Below are positions 1-8,714 of a stretch of 64,000 nucleotides of DNA, one piece after another. The position numbers were made by a program, and so were the translations under genes. Under the pieces are notes generated by a model. It was not told where the DNA came from and did not search any database. It saw only the letters and a list, made by a program, of their open reading frames with translations. The first letter of the stretch is position 1; each line of letters starts with the position of its first letter. Source of the DNA: Epithemia pelagica. Lineage: Eukaryota; Protista; Bacillariophyta. The stretch lies in NCBI GenBank assembly GCA_946965045.2, contig OX337230.1, positions 2,542,001-2,606,000 of the forward strand, read 5' to 3'.

Positions 1-3000
1 CACGTGCCAGGTAAGACATTCATCCATGTCTCTCTTGCCACGACTTCCCATGCTTTCATCTTCTCATGAAGCGTGTTGTATTCTTTCTTGCAAGTCTCCC
101 AGTACCCGTCTTTGTCGGGACCGTTCATGGCTTGTTCCCATGAGGGATTGTCTGCAGCATCGGCCTTGGTTGCCAATGCAGTAGGATGCATCTCTTCAAT
201 CCAGCGTGTGTCCGGATCTGTATGACGATCCAGCCACAGATCCATGGCCAATAGGTCTTTGGATTTGGACGCGATTGCGCTGGTCAGAGTGTCCCAGGTA
301 AGGGATTGGAGGAACTGTGCATTCAACAGCTCTCGTCTCACTTTTTGCTTTGGCCTTGTTGACCCACGAGGAAAGTAAGCAGTCGATGCCCACAATCGCT
401 CATCGAACAAGTGACGATTGGGACGACGTTCTCTTTTGCCTCTCCCATGTGATTCTGGATCGGGTTCGGCAAAATGCCTATTACGGCGTTCAATCTCTTC
501 TTGTCTTGTCGTGCTGTCATCGTCTGAGTCGTCTTCAAAAACGATCTCATGTTCTTCCTCGTCGGCTTCTCCCTCTGGAGGCAACAATTCACTATTTGGA
601 GCTCCCTCTGGAGGTAACAATCCACCTGTTTGATCTTGACTTGGAATTTCACCGGGTTCTGCAGGTGGTTCTGGTCCTTGCCCTGGCTCTGTTGGCTGTT
701 CCAGTGGAGGTTGGAATCGAACATGGTTCCTTGTAGCTCGGCCTCTCCCCCCGTCAACAGACGTTGGAACAGGAACAATGGGTAAAGGTGGAGTGGGCAA
801 TGGACGAGGAGGACGTGACTGACGTCGGGCATGCCGTTCCGCAATCTCGGAATCGGTCATCCACTCGTCTCCAAGCTCCAATTTACCATCATCATCATCT
901 TCGTCAGGCAGGTTAGATTCAGTGCCCGCCGCTAGCAGGCGTTGCCAAAAGTCACCGTTCAAGTTTGGCTCATCTAAGAGCCCACCAGAATCGGCATTAG
1001 GGACCGTAGAGAATAAATCATCGTAGACCACATGATACTGTGAGCTGATGAATCCCGAGCGAAGATTGAGTATACGACCAACAGTAGTAGAATGGTCGGG
1101 CGAAATCCCAAGAAACTGACCACGTCGTGCCTTGGCTTGCCATTTAGGCAACTTCTTTCCGTCTTGAAGCTTGGGGTCCAGGACATACACAGGACATCCC
1201 CATACGTGACTCCGCTGAAGGTGGTGAAAATCGGAGAATGTGATGCCAGAGAAGATTTCGAGTGGAGCGATGTTCGTCCGGCGATTCGGAAGGTGGTTCC
1301 AGAGCCAGACGGCGTGCTCAACGGCAAAGGGCCAAAGATGCAAATGCATTTGCTCAGGCCAGTGAATGGTCGCGTGTAGTAACATAGTACGGGCCCAAGA
1401 CATCGTGGTCTTTACTGCCCTTTCCGCGACTCCATTCTGGTGATGTGCCCCAACACCTGAGAAGCTGATACGTTGACCACTTCCGTGTACGTGGTTCAGA
1501 AATTCTTCTCGGCCAAACGGCGCATTATCGGCGCGGTACTCTCGTATCTTGACACCGTATTCCTCCGCGAACCGCTCAAACTTCTTCTTTGAACTGAGCG
1601 TCTCACCAACTCGAAGGGACACTTGGTTCGCCAAGAAGATCATGCCAGAGGCATGGTCGACAAACAGAGTTCCCCCTCGATACTGTTCTTCGGTCCTCTC
1701 TTTTCCGTACGTGTGCGGAAGACGTCCACGAATCGTTGATTCGTATTGATCAATCGAAACACAATCTCCTGGTTGAAGGTGCTCCCTCTTGAGCATACTG
1801 TCTTTCCCATCCACCAATCCACCGTGATTCGAATGAGGCGTCCGACGATGTTGCTTCCCGAGCATACAAGCTGCGCATAAAGGTATGACGCAACTTGTTG
1901 TCTTTGCTTCTTTTGTCTCCAGCACTAACCGTCGACTGTTTGCTTTTGGATCTCGACAGAGCGTCTGAATCCATTGCATGTTGGCATGGCCAAGCTTCCA
2001 GTGCCACAGCAGGAGCTCCCTTTGCGATGCCGTCAAGTTCTGGTTAGTCTCGTCGGCCACATTCATCAAGCCACTGTGATTTGCCGTGGACAAGGCCGAC
2101 TTGACGGAATATCCATCACCCAGCATCGTTGCATCTTCGAAGGTAAGTCCCATTTGATTCACATTCCCTGTGAGCATAAAGGGAAGATTACTACCGGCGT
2201 TATATGGAAATTCTAACCATGTCCCATCCGGGATTTGCAACTGCGTTTTCTTGTGGTCGAGTACCAGTTTTCCAGCTTGCTGTTCTTGAAAGAACGTTTG
2301 CGGGCTGAACAAGCGAATCGAGGCTTCTGGTACGTAGTATGCTTTCGTCTTGATCGTTCGAGCTACCCCCATAACATCTCTAACCATCCATTGGACCGTG
2401 CCAAAACCTCGGACTGCTGTCGTTCCAGACAATCCATTCAACGATGAGATTTCGGCCGGTTGAATTGGTCCGACAAAGTCTTGGAGATTTGGCGTCAACG
2501 ATTTGGACGCTCCGGAATCGATCACAATGGGAAGCACATTTTGTTCTCGTTGACTCATGTACACCGTCATGCGACGTGACAATTCGCCAATAGTCTCACT
2601 ATTCAAACCAGAACAATCAACCTGGTTCAACGGTACAGTGACGGCTTGAAAACTTTTCAATTGTCCAAAATTGGCTGCTGCAACCATGCTTTGTCGCAAC
2701 ATCAGTTTCCAAGGGGTCTTTCGTCTTGTAAGGTCAGCTCCAAGCCACGCCCCATGACTCAACAATTTGATTGTCTGCCACTGACAAACTGGATCGACTT
2801 GTGGTAGCAAGGAATCGTCCTTCAGGGCCAAACTCCAAAGCGACAATCCACCAAAGATTTGGTCTCGAAGAATCTTCGTCGTGTCGTTTGTCGCTCCCTC
2901 TGGAGACGACGTTCTCGGGTTGGTCCAGTTGTCCCAGTCATCTGTGTTGTACCAAAGACAAGGACGGTTGTTTCGCCAAATCACACGATGGACTCGACGT

Positions 3001-3341
3001 CTTGCTTTCATTTTGAGGCCATAGGAGCGTACGATTGTCTTAAACGAGGTTTCGGCAGTCTTGGTGGAGTGCTCACAGCATGAGCAGCTGTGGCTCCGGA
3101 CTTGGAGTCTCGCTCGACCAAGCTCATGACACAACAAAGGCCTGTGAACAAGGCGAGATACAGTAGAAATAACCACGGCAAATAAAGCCAAAATAGGTCC
3201 CCCATCCCCCTCATGAGCGCACAGTCGAGTAAGGATGAGAAGATAGAGGTCGCCCAGTTTTCCCTCCTGGGACCATAGCGATGATAGGGTCGGCCTACAC
3301 CAGATGGACCGTCCAAAGACGCCACCCAGCGGCCACCCCAT
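1..3341 (-). CDS. Copia pol polyprotein (protease, integrase, start of RT), 3'-partial
   Basis: Absent from the ORF track because it runs off the window. Manual translation gives PIVIDSGASKSLT (protease), LLLWHWKLGH...PLCAAC (integrase Zn finger), VSIDQYES, YRADNAPF, HQNGVAERAVK (D,D,E core), WGCPVYVLDPKLQDGKKLPKW and ADAADNPSWEQAMNGPD (RT start). ATG at 3341-3339. Confidence 0.93.
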   Translation of the reverse strand, partial: MGWPLGGVFGRSIWCRPTLSSLWSQEGKLGDLYLLILTRLCAHEGDGGPILALFAVVISTVSRLVHRPLLCHELGRARLQVRSHSCSCCEHSTKTAETSFKTIVRSYGLKMKARRRVHRVIWRNNRPCLWYNTDDWDNWTNPRTSSPEGATNDTTKILRDQIFGGLSLWSLALKDDSLLPQVDPVCQWQTIKLLSHGAWLGADLTRRKTPWKLMLRQSMVAAANFGQLKSFQAVTVPLNQVDCSGLNSETIGELSRRMTVYMSQREQNVLPIVIDSGASKSLTPNLQDFVGPIQPAEISSLNGLSGTTAVRGFGTVQWMVRDVMGVARTIKTKAYYVPEASIRLFSPQTFFQEQQAGKLVLDHKKTQLQIPDGTWLEFPYNAGSNLPFMLTGNVNQMGLTFEDATMLGDGYSVKSALSTANHSGLMNVADETNQNLTASQRELLLWHWKLGHANMQWIQTLCRDPKANSRRLVLETKEAKTTSCVIPLCAACMLGKQHRRTPHSNHGGLVDGKDSMLKREHLQPGDCVSIDQYESTIRGRLPHTYGKERTEEQYRGGTLFVDHASGMIFLANQVSLRVGETLSSKKKFERFAEEYGVKIREYRADNAPFGREEFLNHVHGSGQRISFSGVGAHHQNGVAERAVKTTMSWARTMLLHATIHWPEQMHLHLWPFAVEHAVWLWNHLPNRRTNIAPLEIFSGITFSDFHHLQRSHVWGCPVYVLDPKLQDGKKLPKWQAKARRGQFLGISPDHSTTVGRILNLRSGFISSQYHVVYDDLFSTVPNADSGGLLDEPNLNGDFWQRLLAAGTESNLPDEDDDDGKLELGDEWMTDSEIAERHARRQSRPPRPLPTPPLPIVPVPTSVDGGRGRATRNHVRFQPPLEQPTEPGQGPEPPAEPGEIPSQDQTGGLLPPEGAPNSELLPPEGEADEEEHEIVFEDDSDDDSTTRQEEIERRNRHFAEPDPESHGRGKRERRPNRHLFDERLWASTAYFPRGSTRPKQKVRRELLNAQFLQSLTWDTLTSAIASKSKDLLAMDLWLDRHTDPDTRWIEEMHPTALATKADAADNPSWEQAMNGPDKDGYWETCKKEYNTLHEKMKAWEVVARETWMNVLPGT

Positions 3342-5083
3342 CAGGAGAAATGCTCCACGAGACTGCGGAGCGACTGATCGACGGAGCGTGCCACGTTTGC
3401 GACTGCAGCATCGAGCTCAGCGCGATTGACAGTAGAACCAGCCACAGTACCAGTCGCTCCGGTGAGCGTGCTGGTCGTGCTGGCGCTGTCGGCTCGCGCG
3501 GCATGAGCACTCGCATCTTGGTTGGAAGAATGCGTCCGATCCGGAACCCAGCGATGCGTGCGATGGTTGTAGAACATATGTTTTCCATCAATTACGCGTT
3601 GATTTCGCTCGTCCGACTTTGAAGGCGCCCACTTTCCGGATGCACCACCTGCTCCAGAATTTGAGGAACTCGTCCCATTGGCTGCCTTCTTAGAACCAAA
3701 CTTCTCTTTGTTCGCAGCAATCTTCTGTTCGTTGCGGGGTTCCGTGCACTTCGGTGCCGTATGTCCCGGCTTGCCACAATTCCAACAAATTGGTTGGGGC
3801 TTGCCATTGCCCGAAGAGGCAGTATTGGCAGCTTTCTTGGCATCTTCTTGGGCATTGAACACAGAGTTCTTTCCCTTCGTTTTAGAACCGTGCCAGTCAT
3901 TACTGCTGCATAATTCATTATACTTAGTTTCGGCTAAGCGAAGTAAAACATCAACTTCCAAACCACCAGTGTCATCAGGATCCCCTTGAAGTTTACCAAT
4001 ATCCCGTGCCATTGTGTAAGTTTGCTCGATATAGCGGAAATAGGAGTTAAATTTCCCAATGGATGAAGTTTGCATGACCTTTAGCACTTGCTGATTAAAG
4101 CGCTCTGGAACTTTCTTGACCCATTTCAAGCGCTTGTGTGCACCACGGATCAAACTTACAACACGAAGAACATTTTCACCTTGAAACTCATTGATCTTCA
4201 AATTCTTAACCAAGTCTTTCAAGTGATCAATAGCGGCTTCCGAACTTGAAACCAGAATGTTCATCATAATGACGAAGAGCAGTGGACCCCCTTGTTGAAT
4301 GGTAGGGTAAGTCTCAAACTGTTCGTAGCATTTTTCAAACAGACTTTGAGTCATGTTATTTTCCAGATGCTTGTAGGTTAGTACCAAATTCTCCCGGTAC
4401 CAATCCTTCTTGGTCCAGCGGCGATACCATTCACAACTGGCTGCATCTTCATCGGGAGTAACTTCCTCATAATTTAAATATAGATCTACAGTACAAGACT
4501 CAATACTCCGGGATCCCTTCGACTTGGGGAACACAATTGTGAACACGTCATGCATATCGTAAACCATATGCGTGTCCTTGGTCTTGGAAATCATGATGGC
4601 AGTGTTGTAACACTCATCCAATTTCTTTTCATCGGTCAAACTCATACTCGTGAAAGTATATTTCGTTTGCGATGTCTTCACGGCTTCCCTGAAGAGATCT
4701 TGTTTCTTCTCCGAGGACATTTTCTCCCTGTTCTCTTTCCAATATAGAGGTCCTTGATCCGCGACACCATATCCCCTTGAACCTGGTTCCACCAGCTCAA
4801 CTGCCAGTCCCCCAACCATGAATTGGGTATCTGTATCTAACGGGTAGTCATCGCTCTTTGAACTCTTGTCCGAATTGTTTTCATCGCTTGTTCTTCTTTG
4901 TCTTCTCTCATTAAGACCCTGAAGCGTTTCGTCGAGTGTTCGGAATCCAAAGTCGGATTCCCGATTTTCGGTTCCAGTCTGGTCTTCCGCTGAGGCGTCT
5001 TGATAGTCCTCATCGTCTCCCGTGTTAGCCGGTGCTGCACCTGAAGCGGGTGAAACATTTGCCGAGTCTTCTGCTCGCGCCAT
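3341..5083 (-). CDS. Copia gag protein with CX2CX4HX4C zinc knuckle
   Basis: ORF 3341..5092, first ATG at 5083. Knuckle CWNCGKPGHTAPKC; the core QQGGPLLFVIMM...FQGENV is typical of diatom Copia gag. Confidence 0.9.
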   Translation of the reverse strand: MARAEDSANVSPASGAAPANTGDDEDYQDASAEDQTGTENRESDFGFRTLDETLQGLNERRQRRTSDENNSDKSSKSDDYPLDTDTQFMVGGLAVELVEPGSRGYGVADQGPLYWKENREKMSSEKKQDLFREAVKTSQTKYTFTSMSLTDEKKLDECYNTAIMISKTKDTHMVYDMHDVFTIVFPKSKGSRSIESCTVDLYLNYEEVTPDEDAASCEWYRRWTKKDWYRENLVLTYKHLENNMTQSLFEKCYEQFETYPTIQQGGPLLFVIMMNILVSSSEAAIDHLKDLVKNLKINEFQGENVLRVVSLIRGAHKRLKWVKKVPERFNQQVLKVMQTSSIGKFNSYFRYIEQTYTMARDIGKLQGDPDDTGGLEVDVLLRLAETKYNELCSSNDWHGSKTKGKNSVFNAQEDAKKAANTASSGNGKPQPICWNCGKPGHTAPKCTEPRNEQKIAANKEKFGSKKAANGTSSSNSGAGGASGKWAPSKSDERNQRVIDGKHMFYNHRTHRWVPDRTHSSNQDASAHAARADSASTTSTLTGATGTVAGSTVNRAELDAAVANVARSVDQSLRSLVEHFS

Positions 5084-5172
5084 TGTTCTCACCTTCTCTC
5101 TGTCCTATCTTGCCAGAGCACTCACTTCCTTGACACCGTACGACCTTGGGAAACCTTCTACAGCGTAATACT

Positions 5173-5185
5173 TGGGCTCATAACC
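5173..5185 (-). promoter_or_regulatory. Primer-binding site GGTTATGAGCCCA (half-molecule tRNAiMet type)
   Basis: Minus strand reads ...CTCGCA|GGTTATGAGCCCA directly after a CA LTR end. This matches the PBS class used by Drosophila copia and yeast Ty5. Confidence 0.85.
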
Positions 5186-5364
5186 TGCGAGTAGTGGAAA
5201 AGAACGGCGGTCTCTTTCCCATTGAGCAATCCGTAAAAGGATACTTGTTCTGATAATCACTATTATGTTAGTCCTAAATTCTCACTAAATTCACTTGGAT
5301 CTTTTCTTCAATATCTTTTGGATGAGTCATTCCATCCACTCGTTCACATCTACGTCGCTCATCA
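5186..5364 (-). repeat. Putative 5' LTR (~180 bp, TG...CA)
   Basis: The inner end is fixed by CA plus the PBS. The outer TG at 5364 (TGATGAGC...) is a best guess because the 3' LTR is outside the window. Confidence 0.5.
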
Positions 5365-5442
5365 TTCGTGATTGATGAGTCTTGTTGCCGGTATAAGCTT
5401 GCTACCCCAGCTATACTCGCAGGACCATTGGGTTGCTTCCTA

Positions 5443-6249
5443 AGGCTATCTCCACCCGAGCGCCGCCATGCTGACGTATTGGGGCTTTCTGATTGGCCTC
5501 GCTATCCGGATAGCGGATTAGCGGAGCCAAAGGGAAATAAACTCCACGATCTCCGTTAAAAGAACGCCGCTATCTCGCGTTGCGCGTACGCATTGCGCAT
5601 ATGCCCTCTCTTGTTTCGGTTAAAAAGGGGTGCGACCGCGGAAGTTGCGGAATTCAAACAAGACAATCAACGAGAGCACAAAGCATAAACCAAAGATGGA
5701 GGACTCGTTGTTCTCCCTCTTAATTGTTGACTGTCATGGTGAATCATGTTGTTGTTCATGGCCAATGTAGATGTAGGTTGTAGGTTGCAGTCCAATCGTC
5801 CTATTCCCTGTCCGATTTCCGATTGATTGTCTGATAATTGATAATCGAACTCATCAATAGTTTGAATGATGCATTTGTTTGATTGTTGCATTCCTTCCGA
5901 TCCGTGATCCTCGAATCATCTTGCTGTGCATGTGCATGGTTCTTGTCCCATTGTAGGAAGTAGGGAACACAACAATGGAAAAAGAGATGGTAAGCGATCG
6001 TCACAATCAATACGTGCCCCATTGCCACGTTTTCGACACGAGAGATTCAAAGTTTCACTGTTGGCAGCAGACGTTAATTTATTTATGCCGACGGTTATAT
6101 TTTGCTCCGCTATCCGCTATTTTCCCCGCTATTCGGGGCCCCCGATAGCGGCAAAAATAGCGGATAGTGGAGCTGGTTAGCGGTTAGAGGAGATGGTGGA
6201 GTTCGATAGCGGTTTTGGGGCCTTTAGCGGGCCCGGGTGGAGATAGCCT
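5443..6249. mobile_element. MITE-like non-autonomous DNA transposon (~0.8 kb)
   Basis: Perfect inverted repeat TAAGGCTATCTCCACCCG (5441-5458) / CGGGTGGAGATAGCCTTA (6234-6251), which can be read as a TA duplication flanking 16-bp TIRs. Extended subterminal similarity (AACTCCAC[G/C]ATCTCC) and many CCGCTA/TAGCGG motifs. No coding capacity. Confidence 0.8.
6104..6173. repeat. ~70-bp imperfect hairpin inside the MITE
   Basis: GCTCCGCTATCCGCTATTTTCCCCGCTATTCGGGG pairs with CCCCCGATAGCGGCAAAAATAGCGGATAGTGGAGC with few mismatches. Confidence 0.85.
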
Positions 6250-6397
6250 AAGAATGTGTTTTCATTCGAGAGTCGGTCGTAGACGTTTGCTCGTTTCCGG
6301 TTCATGGCGATGGTTTAGCTTAGACTTGACCTACAGCTTTGACTTGCATGAAATGTGAAAATCATCTACCCTAACTAGAGGGTAGCTCTCTCTCCCT

Positions 6398-6829
6398 AAA
6401 TGGTCGGAAAGGCGGATAGGTGCAGGTACGTGGTTCTTGCTTCAAAGAAGAACAAAAAAATCCCACAAATCCTTCGTCACTTCAAGAGGCAACCATGATG
6501 AGAGAAAAGGGGCTCTCTGGGCTCAAGTGTTGGCGCTGAGTTTGTCGTCTGTGGAAGGATGGATCGCCCGTAACTTGCAGCATGGATCTCCAGTCCGATC
6601 GACCGCCATTCAGATGGCCTCCTCCGACAGGAACGTCGTCTTGGCTCCGTCCGACAACCCATCAGCGTTTGACTCTTTCAAAATTGGTTATGCCCGAGTG
6701 CATCGGTATAGCCGCGAAGAAGACCCTGAGTGCGAAACTGAGTACGTTATGTGGTATCATGGAAGATCGAAGGAACTGGACGGTGCCAATGAAAATAAGC
6801 TTCCCCCTCTTTCGACGGGACGGATTGGC
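6398..6829 (+). pseudogene. Truncated, frameshifted duplicate of the 5' end of the gene at 12470
   Basis: Near-identical to 12363-12805. A 1-bp deletion (GGGGCTC-TCTGG vs GGGGCTCTTCTGG) gives an early TGA. Homology stops abruptly after GGACGGATTGGC. Confidence 0.9.
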
Positions 6830-6940
6830 TCTGGTTAGCAATCATGCCTGCATTCTAATTCCTAGGGTATAATAATAATTCGCAAAATACGGAAAGTTGA
6901 AAAGCATTGTTGATGCGCCACTTGCGTGAAACGAGCAATA

Positions 6941-8179
6941 TCACGAGACTGTTCTCCACTGCCCACGTGTTTCATTGTAGTTCCAGAGCAGAAGCTTGTA
7001 GATAATTTCATACACATCAACAGTCTGCAACTTTTCCTTCCACGATGCCAAACTGGCAAGGTCGTCAACACCTGGAATGGCGGTGACACACACTTTCTCA
7101 ATTGATCCACCGGGGTTCTGCTGTTCTTCAAAGAGAAGTTTATGTGTCCGGTTCTTTTCGCAAAATATGTAGATTGGGCCATGAAAGTAGCAGTGGCCTT
7201 CAGCGTTGGTATCACCAACGTTTTCAGGCAAGAACGGTCGCCAGGACTCCAAAATCACCCTATCGCGGCACCAAAGTCGGATTGAAATTCGATAGAACTG
7301 CTTATGGTCCATATTGATTTCATCCGTTGCAACAGGTTCAAGGGCCACTTTTGGTTGAGTTTCGGCTTTTACCACACTACCCTTTGCCGTACCATCGAAG
7401 TTTACATGACCATCTTTCGACAGAGCCAGACGATTAAACTCGTGTTTATCAAGCCAAGCGTAGTGTCCCTTGCACTTGGCCCTTGGGAAAATATGAGCAC
7501 CATCAGCCTTGCTTCGAGCAAATGCCCGGTCTGTTTCAATCCGTTGGTACTTGAATACTGTATCGTCCATCCCATAGCTTGTTGCCTTCGACGACAGTTC
7601 AATCGCCGAGAGCTCGACATCCCAAACAGGCGAGTCGTTTGGCGGTTCACCGTCTCGTTGACAGGGAGTGTAGTCACTCGTTTGTACAAGATCAGCGGTA
7701 GCTTCGAAAGGTGCGGTTGTGGAGCGATGGAAACGTCCAAGGGAAGTGACTCCACTTGTCGTGGTGATGTAGTCGTCGACGCTCGTGATAAAGCTGTTGG
7801 CACTGCGCTTGTCTTCAAAGACGACCGACATCGAAATCAGGCGTTTGTCATCGTCGGTCGAATGATTCTGTACCAGAAAAGAGTCGCCAACATCTTTTCC
7901 TTGGGGGTAATAGCCACCAGCGCCAATGGCAAGCCGCATTAGCTTGAGGCGAACTCCCCCAATGTTTTTTCCTCGTTCGACCATGCCCTCAACAAGAAAC
8001 CAAATCTGCCGCTTCTTCCACTCCTCGAATTCAGTCAAAAGATTGCGACGAATTTGGGGGGCACACAAAGAATTGTCATTGTACTCCTCAATTGTCATGG
8101 CCCGTAGAAGCCACGATTTGAAGGTTTCATCAGTAATCCGTTCCCAAGCAGTCGTCATTGTAGGGTTCAGGCTATGCAT
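6941..8179 (-). CDS. Crinkler/CR-effector-like protein with HNH-type endonuclease domain
   Basis: Intronless 412-codon ORF from the first ATG. Motifs FKYQRIE...ADGAHIFPRAKC...NRLALSKDGHVNFDG (HNH_2-like) and WFLVEG...GVRLKLMRLA...GYY resemble CRN C-terminal modules. Recognised from memory, not by search. Confidence 0.65.
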   Translation of the reverse strand: MHSLNPTMTTAWERITDETFKSWLLRAMTIEEYNDNSLCAPQIRRNLLTEFEEWKKRQIWFLVEGMVERGKNIGGVRLKLMRLAIGAGGYYPQGKDVGDSFLVQNHSTDDDKRLISMSVVFEDKRSANSFITSVDDYITTTSGVTSLGRFHRSTTAPFEATADLVQTSDYTPCQRDGEPPNDSPVWDVELSAIELSSKATSYGMDDTVFKYQRIETDRAFARSKADGAHIFPRAKCKGHYAWLDKHEFNRLALSKDGHVNFDGTAKGSVVKAETQPKVALEPVATDEINMDHKQFYRISIRLWCRDRVILESWRPFLPENVGDTNAEGHCYFHGPIYIFCEKNRTHKLLFEEQQNPGGSIEKVCVTAIPGVDDLASLASWKEKLQTVDVYEIIYKLLLWNYNETRGQWRTVS

Positions 8180-8363
8180 GGATTCCCCTAACTGGAATAG
8201 TGCGACCAACCCTTTTCTACAACTCCGATGTTGATTATGAAATTTACTATAGACTTAATTGTACTATGCGTATGGAATCTTAAAAGAAATTAATTTAAAT
8301 TGTCGGAGTCCTGTACCACTCCGTAGCGGGAGTGGCTGGGAGGGTTTAACGCCAATCGTAATC

Positions 8364-8413
8364 GAGTAGCGCATAGCTGTCTCCCATATATGGGAGACAG
8401 CTATGCGCTACTC
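8364..8413. repeat. Perfect 50-bp palindrome at the piggyBac left end
   Basis: GAGTAGCGCATAGCTGTCTCCCATA|TATGGGAGACAGCTATGCGCTACTC, 25-bp arms with no loop. Confidence 0.97.
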
Positions 8414-8714
8414 CCTTAACTTTCACTTCAAATAACTTCATCAAAATCCATTTTCATCCAAATCTAACTTCATCGTTCGATAGATCTTACAATTCTGAAC
8501 AACTTCATATATGATACTCTACAGTAGAAATGAAGTCATAATGGCGATATTTCGCTTTGAAAAATTGGCGATTTCCCTCATTTTTGTCCATTTTCAGTTT
8601 CCTTCGCCCGAAGCCCAACTTGGTGCCCTTATATATTCGGTCTCTCTGAACCGATCGTTGCAGGACTCTCCATTCTGGAAGTCTATATAGTGAAGAAGAC
8701 TTGGACGGAAGGAA

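Larger units (their letters stand above)
1..5364 (-). mobile_element. Ty1/copia LTR retrotransposon (CoDi-like), apparently intact; 3' part (rest of RT, RNaseH, 3' LTR) runs off the window start
   Basis: Minus-strand order is LTR-PBS-gag(CCHC knuckle)-PR-IN-RT, the Copia order. The pol frame was read by hand from 3341 to 3 with no stop codon. The outer LTR boundary is tentative. Confidence 0.93.

Noticed and set aside
3008-3340. Stop-codon readthrough of gag into the in-frame 105-aa ORF
   Set aside because: That frame ends at 3008 with no pol motifs; all pol motifs are in the -1 frame.
6340-6900. Helitron termini (hairpin + CTAG) around the duplicated segment
   Set aside because: Short stems (CTACCCT/AGGGTAG) and CTAG words exist but not in the canonical hairpin-then-CTRR arrangement.
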